From IMG/VR virus record IMGVR_UViG_3300049165_000116, positions 2,196 through 66,195 of that record: DNA of 64,000 nt. One strand, written 5' to 3'. Both the position numbers and the translations under genes were made by a program. The notes beneath the pieces were generated by a model, which saw nothing but the letters and a program-made list of their open reading frames with translations, ran no database searches and was not told the DNA's origin. How positions within the stretch are numbered: position 1 is the first letter of the stretch; every line of letters starts with the position of its first letter. Of the stretch, positions 29,461 through 38,303 are shown piece by piece. Source of the DNA: a virus.

Positions 29461-29904
29461 CTGGCCGCCGGCACCTCCGTACAGCTCCACGACCCACTCC
29501 ATGAGCTCCACCAGGACGCGGTCCGGGAGCCGGAGTCCGGCATCCACGACCTTCGCCCCCTTACGGCCGGCCGCGGCCTCCTCGGCCGACGCCGGGTCAG
29601 CGTAGGAGCCCACTTTCTTCCCGCTGGCGTGGACCTCCCAGCGGGCGAACGACTCGGCCGACTCCGGGAGCATGAGGGAGGCCAGGAACACCCGGAGCGC
29701 GGTGTTCGCGGCGCGGACGTGGGACAGGTCCACGTTCGAGGCGTCGGAGAGGTCCACGTTCAGCCGCTTGGTGGTCTCCTGGAGCCGGCCGTAGGAGTCC
29801 AGGAACTCGTCCCCCATGACCTCGGGGAGGAAGTACAGCGTGACGTCGTCGCCGATCTCGGCGGCGTGAGGTTGGGTGTTGAGCGCGAATTTCTTGTTGG
29901 CCAC
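29353..29904 (-). CDS. Tail assembly chaperone (G-like)
   Basis: Position; LMEWVVELYG...RPPT then low-complexity tail. Confidence 0.75.
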   Translation of the reverse strand: MANKKFALNTQPHAAEIGDDVTLYFLPEVMGDEFLDSYGRLQETTKRLNVDLSDASNVDLSHVRAANTALRVFLASLMLPESAESFARWEVHASGKKVGSYADPASAEEAAAGRKGAKVVDAGLRLPDRVLVELMEWVVELYGGAGGQRPPTSSNGSAPASPPPGPRGRGVSPSRASTSTRGR

Positions 29905-29968
29905 GGGTATGCCCTTCCACTCCCGCGCGGTCGCCCGGCCCAAAACCAGCGGCGTACCCCGAAGGGTA
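29905..29968 (-). promoter_or_regulatory. Late-gene leader element copy 2 (TAC)
   Basis: TACCCT -10; CGCCGCTGGTTTTGGGCCGGGC at 29954-29933; weaker downstream stem. Confidence 0.8.
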
Positions 29969-30000
29969 GCCGCGGCCGGGCCGAGCTCACGGCGGGAAGG

Positions 30001-30378
30001 TCATCGGCCTTCGCGTAGGGCCTCCGCCATGAAGTTGTTGGGCTTCGTCCCGGGGTGGTTGACCCGCTTCGCGAACACTGTCCGGCCGCCCATGTCGAAC
30101 CGGAGGGCTTTCGCCCTCCTGGGCCGGATCACGTGCGGCCTGGTGCCGTCCAGGACGAACCGCACGGCCGGGTGGTTACAGCTGACCACGCCCTGGAGTC
30201 CGCGCGGCCCGGTCTCGATCTTCCAGGACACGTAGTCCCCCATTGAGCCGGGCGCTTTCCGCTCCGCCAGGCCGGCCACCCGCTCCGTGCGTCGGCGGAG
30301 TCCGCGCTCCGCCGGGCCTCCGCGGAGCCGCAGGAGCCGGGCGATACGGCCGGGGTCGATGCGCACCTCTACGCTCAC
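30001..30378 (-). CDS. HK97 gp10-like tail completion protein
   Basis: FV.DGTRPHVIRP...L.F...VF...VNHPGT.PN.F. Confidence 0.75.
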   Translation of the reverse strand: MSVEVRIDPGRIARLLRLRGGPAERGLRRRTERVAGLAERKAPGSMGDYVSWKIETGPRGLQGVVSCNHPAVRFVLDGTRPHVIRPRRAKALRFDMGGRTVFAKRVNHPGTKPNNFMAEALREGR

Positions 30379-30953
30379 GGGCTCTCCTCCTCCGGGCAGC
30401 CGCACGACGGTACGGCGATCGTCACCCGCTGCTCCACCCCCATGCAACCGCCTTCGGGCTCGAGGACGCGTTGCGTACCAGGGGAGAACTGCGGGCCGCG
30501 GCGCCGGGCGCCGGTGGTGGGGAGGCAGCACACCAGCGCGTTGTAGATGGTGGCCGCGTCCACGTGGACCGTTCGGGCCGCCGCCGCCAGGTCGTCGCAC
30601 GACGGCGGACACCCGCGCTCATCCATCGTCGGGGCGCAGCGCAGGAGGGTGATGACCAGCTCCACGGCGATGGCGGCGGGCGCCGGGCAGTTGCGGGCGC
30701 CGAGGACCACGCGCTCCTCCGTGGGGAACGCCGCGGTGGGGTAGATGCGGGCGACGTGGACGGTGAGTTGGCCGCCGGCGCCGTCCGTGCCGCACGGCTC
30801 GTCACAGCCGTCCCAGGCCGGCGGCCCGGGCGTGACGCACGCGCGGCACGGACAACCGGGCTGGTCCTCCACCTTGGCAGCGGTGGCGTCCAGGGCGGCG
30901 CACACGCAGCCGAGGACGGTCTCCGCGAGCTCGTGGACGGCGAGCGGGCTCAT
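30375..30953 (-). CDS. Tail terminator-like neck protein
   Basis: Position after adaptor; Cys-rich; PEGGC.G motif. Confidence 0.6.
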   Translation of the reverse strand: MSPLAVHELAETVLGCVCAALDATAAKVEDQPGCPCRACVTPGPPAWDGCDEPCGTDGAGGQLTVHVARIYPTAAFPTEERVVLGARNCPAPAAIAVELVITLLRCAPTMDERGCPPSCDDLAAAARTVHVDAATIYNALVCCLPTTGARRRGPQFSPGTQRVLEPEGGCMGVEQRVTIAVPSCGCPEEESP

Positions 30954-31765
30954 GGCCATGTCGTCACCCGCGGGGCCTTCCGGTCGGGGCTGTAGACCCT
31001 GCTCGGGCTCGCCAGCCGGTGAGGGTTGACGGTGCTCAACCACAGGTCAGTGAGCGGGAGGCCGGTGCGGCCCTCCGCGAAGATGACCGTGGGGTCCGCC
31101 ATTTCGATCTCCACACCCCGGCGCACCACGCGCGTGACGTTGCCGGGGAGCCGGCACTCGCCGCACCCCTTCGTCCCGGCGGGGAGGCACGCCAGGACCA
31201 GTTGGCACGTGAGCTCCGAGACGGCGGCGATGGCGGCCTCATCCAGCGGGAGCCCCCACCGGTAGGTCACGGTGAACGTGCCGGGCGCGCCCTCGGGGGC
31301 GGCGAGGTCCTGGCACGTCGGCCAACACTCCCCGTCAGTGCGGACCAGGAGGCCGGGGGCGTCCACGCGGTACGCCTCGGGGACCAGGTCCTCCCCGTCC
31401 ACGGACACGTTGACCACGTCGTACACGGGCCCGCGGAGCTGGACCTCGCAGAGCTCTCCGCATGAGCACGAGGACCGGCACCCGCAGACGTTCGCGTTGC
31501 GCCAGGCGCCGTCCGCGCCGATGTACGGCACCCAGGGCCCCGTCCCGGCGCCGGCCTGGAAGCTGACCGGGGCGGCCTCCGCGCAGGAGCGGCGGCACGG
31601 CCGGACGGTCACCGGGCACGGCCCCCACCGCATCCCGGAGAGCCGCCATAGGGTCTGGGAGGCCACCCGCTGCCAGCGCTCGATGACGGCCGGGTCCAGG
31701 TCCTCGGGGAGCTGGCAGCAGAGGTCTACCGGCCACGGGTCACACGGCCCGATCTGGAGCGGCAT
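30950..31765 (-). CDS. Head-to-tail adaptor
   Basis: A...LW.LSG..WG.C..TVRPC; LVRTDG..WP.CQD; C.LP..VT...R.GV. Confidence 0.7.
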   Translation of the reverse strand: MPLQIGPCDPWPVDLCCQLPEDLDPAVIERWQRVASQTLWRLSGMRWGPCPVTVRPCRRSCAEAAPVSFQAGAGTGPWVPYIGADGAWRNANVCGCRSSCSCGELCEVQLRGPVYDVVNVSVDGEDLVPEAYRVDAPGLLVRTDGECWPTCQDLAAPEGAPGTFTVTYRWGLPLDEAAIAAVSELTCQLVLACLPAGTKGCGECRLPGNVTRVVRRGVEIEMADPTVIFAEGRTGLPLTDLWLSTVNPHRLASPSRVYSPDRKAPRVTTWP

Positions 31766-32482
31766 TCAGCGCCTCCCGGGCTGCTCGTACGGTGACGGGT
31801 GCGGGAACGCCCGGCGGATGAAGTGGCCGACCGCGCCGGCCGCGAAGGAGTCCGGCATGGTGGAGAGGTACGGGGAGGCCGGGCCGAAGTCGCGCGGCGC
31901 CCGGTGGAGGATCTTCACGTCCGGAATCTGCTTCCCGCCGACCTGGGCGAGGTTGCCGTACAACGTCCGCTTGTGGACCACGGTGAGGTGGCGGGCGGCG
32001 TCCAGGGCCGCGAGCATCCCCGTCTTGTCCACGGCCATGGGGACATGGAGCTCATAGGACAACGGGTCCGGGTGGCCGAGCTCCGCCAGGAGCGCGGCCG
32101 TCTCCCTCATGCCGCGCAGGTACGCACCGGAGGCGCGGGCCGCGTAGTAGGCCTCCACGTCCCGCACGGGGCCGCGGTGGAGCACGGGCATCCCACCGTC
32201 CTGGTAGTGCATGACGAACATGTCGTCGTTGGCCAGGAGGAACGTGTCACTGACCTCGGGGTGTTCGCACGCCGCCCGGACGGCGCGCGTCGTGTTCTCG
32301 TACTTCGTCCGCCCGGCCTGGCGGGTAGGGATGTGCTCCACGCCGATCGCCCACCTCGGGCGGTACCCGACGAGCCACACCCGTCCGTGCGGAAGGTGGG
32401 CCGCCCACGAGCGAAGCGCGTAGCGCAACGGCTCGTTGACGGCCCCTTCGCGCACCGGGACCACGATGTCCGGCGCGCCCAC
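31766..32482 (-). CDS. Stealth-like glycosyl/phosphoglycosyl transferase
   Basis: DIVVP, NEPLRYALRS, FLLANDDMF and YELHVP resemble Stealth conserved regions. Confidence 0.65.
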   Translation of the reverse strand: MGAPDIVVPVREGAVNEPLRYALRSWAAHLPHGRVWLVGYRPRWAIGVEHIPTRQAGRTKYENTTRAVRAACEHPEVSDTFLLANDDMFVMHYQDGGMPVLHRGPVRDVEAYYAARASGAYLRGMRETAALLAELGHPDPLSYELHVPMAVDKTGMLAALDAARHLTVVHKRTLYGNLAQVGGKQIPDVKILHRAPRDFGPASPYLSTMPDSFAAGAVGHFIRRAFPHPSPYEQPGRR

Positions 32483-32484
32483 GG

Positions 32485-33186
32485 TCAGGACGCCAGGCAG
32501 AGGTCCCCGGCCACCGGGGAGTAGGTGCACGTGGGCTCCGGCGGCGCCACGTTCGTGACGAAGGTCCGCCGGTGACAGTTCGAGCCGAGCGGGGTGAGGA
32601 GCGGCCCCGCCGTGCCCGCGGCGTCGATCGGCATGACGTCATACGGGCCGACACCCCACGCGCCGCCGGCGCGGGTGGCACCGGACAGGGTGAGGCTGGC
32701 CGCCTCGGCCCCGACCTCGATGTTGCCGAGCTGCCCGTTCGTCACCCACGGGAGGAGGAAGTAGATCCAGGCGCCCTCCCCGCCGCCGGTGGCGCAGACA
32801 TCCTCACCCAGGACCTCGGCCCAGAGTTCGATGGCAAATCCGCTGTTGCACTGGACGGAACAGTCGTCGTAGCCGATGGGCTCGCCGTTGTAGCCGTACA
32901 CCACGGGGTTGCCCGTGGTGATCTCGATCAGCTCCGGGGAGACGGCGAAGAAGTTGAGTTCGAGGTCGAACCCCCTGAACGAGGGGCAGCCGCGCTTGAA
33001 TCCACAGATCCGGCCGTTGGCCGCTCGGTACTCGACGTCTTCGCCTTCCTGCACGTTTGGGTTCATGCCGAGGGTGGCGAAGCAGTCGAAGGTGAACGCG
33101 TTGTCGTCGCCACAGACGGGCCGGCCGCAGCCGTCCACGCGCGTGACCCGGATGACGTCGGCGTTGGCGATGAGGGGACAGGGCAC
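32485..33186 (-). CDS. Major tail (tube) protein
   Basis: RVTRVD.CG, A.G..C, FAIELW, YF.LPW; own leader element with RBS GGAGG. Confidence 0.75.
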   Translation of the reverse strand: MPCPLIANADVIRVTRVDGCGRPVCGDDNAFTFDCFATLGMNPNVQEGEDVEYRAANGRICGFKRGCPSFRGFDLELNFFAVSPELIEITTGNPVVYGYNGEPIGYDDCSVQCNSGFAIELWAEVLGEDVCATGGGEGAWIYFLLPWVTNGQLGNIEVGAEAASLTLSGATRAGGAWGVGPYDVMPIDAAGTAGPLLTPLGSNCHRRTFVTNVAPPEPTCTYSPVAGDLCLAS

Positions 33187-33249
33187 GGGGGCCTCCAACA
33201 GACGGTGTTGGTGGCCCGGCCCACAACCAGCGGCGACAGCAACAGCATA
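33187..33249 (-). promoter_or_regulatory. Late-gene leader element copy 3 (major tail)
   Basis: TATGCT -10; CGCCGCTGGTTGTGGGCCGGGC at 33235-33214; hairpin GGGCCACCAACA/TGTTGGAGGCCC covers GGAGG. Confidence 0.85.
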
Positions 33250-33342
33250 GCTGCGCCGGTCCTGTCCAATCGGGGTCAACGAAGCGCGGTACCGCCGGGG
33301 AAGGGCCCAGCGGTACCGCGCGGCTCCAGGACGGGAGGGTGC

Positions 33343-33534
33343 CTACTCCGCCGGCTCCTCCGGCTGGATGTCGGCCAGGTTCCGGACGGGCATCTGCGCG
33401 AAGTTCTGGCCGTGCTCGGTGAGCCGCTGGTGATAGTCCTCCTCCGTGATTTCCGTCCAGTCTTCCGGGGGCGGGAAGACGCCGCCGGACTGCATCACGG
33501 ACGTGCCGGCCGGTGAGGCGTAGTAGCGGGCCAT
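33343..33534 (-). CDS. Small acidic protein (fibre chaperone-like)
   Basis: AAGGAG RBS; W.EITEEDY. Confidence 0.55.
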   Translation of the reverse strand: MARYYASPAGTSVMQSGGVFPPPEDWTEITEEDYHQRLTEHGQNFAQMPVRNLADIQPEEPAE

Positions 33535-33545
33535 AGGGACGCTCC

Positions 33546-35081
33546 TTACGGGGTGTTGGTCTGCGTGTCGATCGTGGCGTCGGACACCCAGGAGTGGATG
33601 GCGGTCACCTGTCCGGCGACCACGCGGATGGCGGGGAGCATGATGCAGGAGGCGCCGGAGCCCGCAGGGATGTTCCACAGCGTCTCGTTCGCGGTGCCGT
33701 TGCCGCGCTCCCGGTGCGCCTGTCCGACGGCGGTGAGGTGCCCCCACATCGGGCGGACCTGGAAGGCGCCCCCGTCCTGCTGAACGACCATGCCGAGCTC
33801 GAACACCGCGTCAGCGGAGTGCGTGATGTCCCAGGTCACCGAGTTGGTGACCTCGTATCCCCAGGGCCGGCAGTTGTTCCCAAGGAAGTTGGCCGGGATG
33901 TTGAAGGCCTGGTTGGCGCCGGGGTCGATGATCGCCCATCCGCCAGTCGGGCCGATCGGGGTCAGCCACCCGCCGAGGAAGTGCTCCACATAGATGTGGT
34001 CCTGGGCGCTGTAGTGCTCGGGCGGGGTCCAGAGCTCGCCGGTGGCCGGGTCGCACTTGAGCGTGGACTCCACGGCGACGTCGCACGCCCAGGGCCAGGC
34101 CTCCGACCCGGCCGCGGGAACGACGACGAGGGGCGCGGCGGCGGTGCCGTCACCCGCGAGGCCGCACCCCGTCTCCAGCGGCGGGTCCGGCGGCACCATG
34201 AGGCGGCCGTCCGTGCCCATGGTGAGCTGGTTCCCGGCGTCGGCGGAGGGGGCCACCAGGAGGCCGTTCGCGGTCGCCTCCAGGCCGTTGGGCTCCGGGG
34301 CAACGATGACGTCCGCCGCCAGGACGTACGGGTCCGTTGGGGTCCCGGTCCCGGTGAGGGTGGTGTTCACCGTGTTCGTGTCGGTGGCCTGGAGCGCCGT
34401 TCCGGTCGCTGTGATCTCCCCGGTGGCGGGGTCGTACGTGATGCCGTCCCCGGCGATGAGGCAGCCGCGGACCTGCTCACACTCCAGGTACAGGCCGTCC
34501 GGACCGGCCTGGAGGAGCTGCGTCCCGCCGCCGGGCGGCGCCGGGTCCAGGATCACGTCTGCGGTGACCTCGTACGGGTCGCCGGCGGTGCCGGTGCCGG
34601 TGATCTCCACGTCCACCGTGGCGGAGTCCATGGCGGCCAGGGCGGTGGAGGCGGCCGGGGTGTAGATCCCGCCGTCCCCGCCGATAGTCGTGGTGTTCCC
34701 GGCGTCGCCGGACACCTGGACGGAGATGACGCCGGTGGTCGGGTCGTAGTCCGTGCCGTCCCCGGCGGAGATGCAGCCGCGGACCTGCTCGCACTCCAGG
34801 TACAGGCCGTCCGGGCCGACCTGGAGGAGCTGCGTCCCGCCGCCGGGCGGCGCCGGGTCCAGGACGACGGCGGCGCTCACCACGTACGGGTCCGCGGCGG
34901 TGCCGGTGCCGGTGACCGTGGTGTCCACGGTCGCGGTGTCGGTCGCCTGGAGCGCGGTGGGCGTGGCCGCGCCCGTGCTGATGATGTAGGGGGTGGTCGG
35001 GCTGCCGTTGCCGTCCACGGTGACGCCGGGTCCGGCAACCACTGTGCACTTGCAGCCAGGAGAGCCGCAGCACTTCGCCAT
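33546..35081 (-). CDS. Repeat-containing fibre-like structural protein
   Basis: MAKCCGSPGCKC; three TGTGT..DPY repeats; duplicated LDPAPPGGGTQLLQ.GPDGLYLECEQVRGC. Confidence 0.75.
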   Translation of the reverse strand: MAKCCGSPGCKCTVVAGPGVTVDGNGSPTTPYIISTGAATPTALQATDTATVDTTVTGTGTAADPYVVSAAVVLDPAPPGGGTQLLQVGPDGLYLECEQVRGCISAGDGTDYDPTTGVISVQVSGDAGNTTTIGGDGGIYTPAASTALAAMDSATVDVEITGTGTAGDPYEVTADVILDPAPPGGGTQLLQAGPDGLYLECEQVRGCLIAGDGITYDPATGEITATGTALQATDTNTVNTTLTGTGTPTDPYVLAADVIVAPEPNGLEATANGLLVAPSADAGNQLTMGTDGRLMVPPDPPLETGCGLAGDGTAAAPLVVVPAAGSEAWPWACDVAVESTLKCDPATGELWTPPEHYSAQDHIYVEHFLGGWLTPIGPTGGWAIIDPGANQAFNIPANFLGNNCRPWGYEVTNSVTWDITHSADAVFELGMVVQQDGGAFQVRPMWGHLTAVGQAHRERGNGTANETLWNIPAGSGASCIMLPAIRVVAGQVTAIHSWVSDATIDTQTNTP

Positions 35082-35150
35082 GAGGGGGCTCCTCGCGGTG
35101 TCGCATGGGAGTCGCCCGGCCCACAACCAGCGGCGGCACTGTCGAGTCTA
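35082..35150 (-). promoter_or_regulatory. Late-gene leader element copy 4
   Basis: TAGACT -10; CGCCGCTGGTTGTGGGCCGGGC at 35135-35114; GGG..CTCC/GGAGCCC stem covers the RBS. Confidence 0.85.
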
Positions 35151-36137
35151 GGTGGCCCGCGCGGGTAGTCGGCGGGGCGCGAGGTAGGTCCGTACGGGGG
35201 GCGCCGGGCGGCGGCGTAGACGGCGGCACGCCTCCTCGAACACGCTGATGTTGCCCGGGTAGTCCAGGGCAGCGGCGTGGGCGCGAGCGGTCCGGGAGGC
35301 CACCGCGTACGCCCTCGGGGCCGCGAGGCGGCCGATGGCGTCCACCCAGCCGGCCACGTTGTCCCGCTCCACGTAGGCCGCGGCGGTGCCGAGGGCTTCG
35401 CGGATGCCCGGTAGCGGGGCGGCGATCACCGGGATACCGGAGAGCATCGCCTCAACCCCGGCGCGCCCGTAGGACTCCGTGGTGGACGGCATCAGCAGGA
35501 CGCGGGTTCGGGCGTAGACCTCACGCGGCACCGTCCGGTCCACCACCTCTACGTTCGGCGGCAGGGAGCCGGGGGCGTGGCTGGCAGCGCGCACCAGGAG
35601 GAACCGCTCGCCCGGCAGCCGCTCGGCGACGGCGGCCAGGACGTCCGCACCCTTTTCCCGGGTGGAGCCGGACAACGTGATCATGCTGCCCGGCCGGGTG
35701 CGGTACGGCGCCGGGTCAATCGGCGGCGGCAGCACCAGCCTCTCGCCGTCGTAGTCCGGGTAGTGCTCGCGGCAGGCCTGCGACGGGAACCAGACCAGGG
35801 ACGGGGCGCGGAGGTCCCGGTCCTCCGCCATGCCATGGACCATCAGTAGGTGCGGGATGCTACTCGCCAGGGCGGTGATCCGGGCGGCCTTCCGGTCGCC
35901 GTGGTGGGAGATCAGCAGTTCGGGCCGCGCCGCTTGGAGAGCGCGCCGCCAGTGCGTCAGCGGCCACACCCGCACCCGGCCCACGAGACGGGGCGCGCCA
36001 GGCTCGCGGATCGTGGTGATCACGTCCACCTGGTGCCCGGCCGCAACGAGACCGCGCACATACTCCCGGGACGTGACGAACGCCCCGGTGGGCAAGAGCC
36101 CGTCCCCGTAGACCGGGAGGACGAACACAATCCGCAT
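35148..36137 (-). CDS. GT-B fold family 4 glycosyltransferase
   Basis: L...GHQVDVI, EKG, LMPS..ESYGRAGVEAM.SGIPVI. Confidence 0.92.
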   Translation of the reverse strand: MRIVFVLPVYGDGLLPTGAFVTSREYVRGLVAAGHQVDVITTIREPGAPRLVGRVRVWPLTHWRRALQAARPELLISHHGDRKAARITALASSIPHLLMVHGMAEDRDLRAPSLVWFPSQACREHYPDYDGERLVLPPPIDPAPYRTRPGSMITLSGSTREKGADVLAAVAERLPGERFLLVRAASHAPGSLPPNVEVVDRTVPREVYARTRVLLMPSTTESYGRAGVEAMLSGIPVIAAPLPGIREALGTAAAYVERDNVAGWVDAIGRLAAPRAYAVASRTARAHAAALDYPGNISVFEEACRRLRRRPAPPVRTYLAPRRLPARAT

Positions 36138-36151
36138 GTTGCTCCTTTCGG

Positions 36152-36457
36152 TCAGGCGGCGGTGGCGTGCGCGTGCACGGTGACGCCCGAGGCAGGGGTA
36201 CCGGTCGCCAGGACGCCGATGCCGAGGAGGGTGACGCCTGCGGCCTGGAGGACGTTCACGGTGGTCTGCGCAGCTGTGTTGGCGACGATACGGACGGAGC
36301 GAAACCCCGCGTCGGCCTGGACGGCGAGGGTGACGATGGGGGGCGCCGCGAACGCCCCGGCCGGCCAGGTGAGGACGGCGGTGCCGTTGCCGTCGGTGAT
36401 GGCGCTCGCCCTCGCCTCCCGGGGCGCGGGTGGCGTGTAGCTGCCTGCGGTGCTCAC
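36152..36457 (-). CDS. Small beta-rich structural protein
   Basis: TDGNG.A..TWP.GAF.APPIV. Confidence 0.6.
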   Translation of the reverse strand: MSTAGSYTPPAPREARASAITDGNGTAVLTWPAGAFAAPPIVTLAVQADAGFRSVRIVANTAAQTTVNVLQAAGVTLLGIGVLATGTPASGVTVHAHATAA

Positions 36458-36464
36458 CGGCCTG

Positions 36465-36944
36465 TTATGCCTGCGTGGTCCACAGCACCAGCCAGGAGGC
36501 CCCTGGGGTGGTGCCGTCAATCGTGAGGGTGCCGGTGAGCTCCGAGTCCACGGCGTCCCCGTCCACGCTCCAGGTGAGCGTGGTTCCGGCCGGGGCCTGG
36601 ATCGTGCCCTCGGCGGTCGTAACGGGCACGGTGCCCGCGAGGACCATGAGGGTCGCGGACTGGGTGCCGGGGTTGGCGGTGAGGGACCAGTCGGTGTTTT
36701 GGGTGCCGTGGACGGTGACGGGCCGCGGCTCGGGCTGGGTGTCAGCGCAGCGGCCCACGGTTCCCGTGACCGCGTACAGGGTGGTGCCGTCCAGCTCCGT
36801 GTCCACGGGCACGACCGTGCCGGTGCCGTCAACGGTGTACCGGCGCAGGAACGCCGTGCTCGTACCGGCCCCGTCGTCGTCACACAGGATCTCGAACTCG
36901 CGGTCAGGGGCACCCGTCGAGACGCTGCCGCTCGTTCCGGCCAT
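36465..36944 (-). CDS. Short paralogue of the giant Cys-rich proteins
   Basis: One LCD...FLR...LDG..Y...G.VG.C unit plus shared C-terminal TWSV domain; AAGGAG RBS. Confidence 0.75.
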   Translation of the reverse strand: MAGTSGSVSTGAPDREFEILCDDDGAGTSTAFLRRYTVDGTGTVVPVDTELDGTTLYAVTGTVGRCADTQPEPRPVTVHGTQNTDWSLTANPGTQSATLMVLAGTVPVTTAEGTIQAPAGTTLTWSVDGDAVDSELTGTLTIDGTTPGASWLVLWTTQA

Positions 36945-36964
36945 GGGGTTCTCCTTCGTGACGG

Positions 36965-37435
36965 TCAGGCGATTCGGTCGAAACGCAGGGTGGACCGGCC
37001 GTGGCCGTCACTGACGACGATGGCCGTCCCGGTTGCGCCTTGAGAGTTGAAGCGGGCGGCCTCGACGCGGATCACGCGCGGGCCGGGGACGGCGTACTCA
37101 ACCTGAATCGGCGCGCTGTTGTTCGTGCCCTGGGAGAGCGTCGCCCCGGACGGCGAGCCGATGTTGATCTGATGGACCATCGCCTCACTGCCCGGAACGA
37201 CGGCGCCGGCGGTCACGTCGTACAGCCGGGCGACGATGAACACGTTCGCGGGCGAGACGGCCGCCAGCGCTGAGCGGACCGTCGCGTCGAGCTGGTACGT
37301 CCCGGCGGCCGGGAGGGCCACGATGAGGCCGGTGGCCACCCACGTGCCGGACGCGGACGGCTGGAGGTCCACGGCCGCCGGCAGGACGGCAGAGCCGTGC
37401 CCGATGAGCCGCAGGGCCGCGCCGGTGCCCGTCAC
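36965..37435 (-). CDS. Beta-sandwich structural protein
   Basis: GTWVATGL..ALPAAGTY; paralogous to the C-terminus of 37620-38303. Confidence 0.6.
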   Translation of the reverse strand: MTGTGAALRLIGHGSAVLPAAVDLQPSASGTWVATGLIVALPAAGTYQLDATVRSALAAVSPANVFIVARLYDVTAGAVVPGSEAMVHQINIGSPSGATLSQGTNNSAPIQVEYAVPGPRVIRVEAARFNSQGATGTAIVVSDGHGRSTLRFDRIA

Positions 37436-37611
37436 GCCTCCCCGCCTTCGACCGCCGCGCGGTAGGCGGCCTCGTCGGTCTCCTCGAACCCGGCCGCCAG
37501 GAGCGGCCCGGCGTCCGCCAGGCCGTGGACGACCTGGACGCATCCGCCGTCCGTGAAGTACCGCGCCGCCGCGCCCTGGTCGTGCTCGCGGGTTTCCTCG
37601 GCCACGTCCAT
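37432..37611 (-). CDS. Small acidic protein (fibre chaperone-like)
   Basis: AGGAGG RBS; RYF...GFEETDEAAY resembles 33343-33534. Confidence 0.5.
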   Translation of the reverse strand: MDVAEETREHDQGAAARYFTDGGCVQVVHGLADAGPLLAAGFEETDEAAYRAAVEGGEA

Positions 37612-37619
37612 CCCTCCTA

Positions 37620-38303
37620 TCAGTCGGTGATCTTGATCCATGTGACGTAGTTCCGGCTGGCCGGCATGGTCGCGCTCTGGAACACCGTGTTCGGGCAGGC
37701 CGTGGAGTCCTGGAAAAGACCTCGTAGGCGCAGCGTGCGCGAGCCCTGGGCCGCCGTGACCACGCTGATATGCGTGATGGGGGACGTGGCCGACTGACAT
37801 GTCTGGAGGACCGTCCCGTCATTCGCCTTGGAGAACTGGTGCTGCATGATCGTGCGCGGCCCGGCCTCCACGGCCCCGCTGGCGTTGTCGAAGATGGCGC
37901 CCTCAATCCACGCGTTCGTGCAGTAGTTGACCTGGGCGCAGACCTGCGCCCGCGCGTCCCAGGACAGGTAGTAGCGGCCGGGCTCCGGGAGGGTCACGGC
38001 CAGGGCCGTGTTCACCCACTGGCCGGGCGTCGGCAGCAGGTTGGCGGCTGTGGCGAGGACAGCCTCCCCCGAGACCGGTGACAGGCGGGCGCCGATCTGC
38101 CAGGCGTCCGGGCAGCCGCCGGGGTGGACGATATCGACGTCCACGGACCGGGTCGCGCCGACCGGGGCGGGCGCGCTGGACGGCAGTGCCGCCAGGCTCG
38201 TCCTGGGGACGAGGAGCCCGGCCGGCGTGGTGGTCAGGGCGTTGCACGCCTGCGGGTCCACCGCAGGCGTGCCGCCCCTCAGTCCGGCGTCGGTTCCCGT
38301 CAT
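37620..38303 (-). CDS. Fibre-tip-like structural protein
   Basis: ACNAL....GLLVP; GQWVNT.L.VTLPEPGRY. Confidence 0.65.
   Translation of the reverse strand: MTGTDAGLRGGTPAVDPQACNALTTTPAGLLVPRTSLAALPSSAPAPVGATRSVDVDIVHPGGCPDAWQIGARLSPVSGEAVLATAANLLPTPGQWVNTALAVTLPEPGRYYLSWDARAQVCAQVNYCTNAWIEGAIFDNASGAVEAGPRTIMQHQFSKANDGTVLQTCQSATSPITHISVVTAAQGSRTLRLRGLFQDSTACPNTVFQSATMPASRNYVTWIKITD

Noticed and set aside
34430-34910. DGR template/variable repeat pair
   Set aside because: Both copies are in frame in one gene, differences are not adenine-specific, and no reverse transcriptase is in the window
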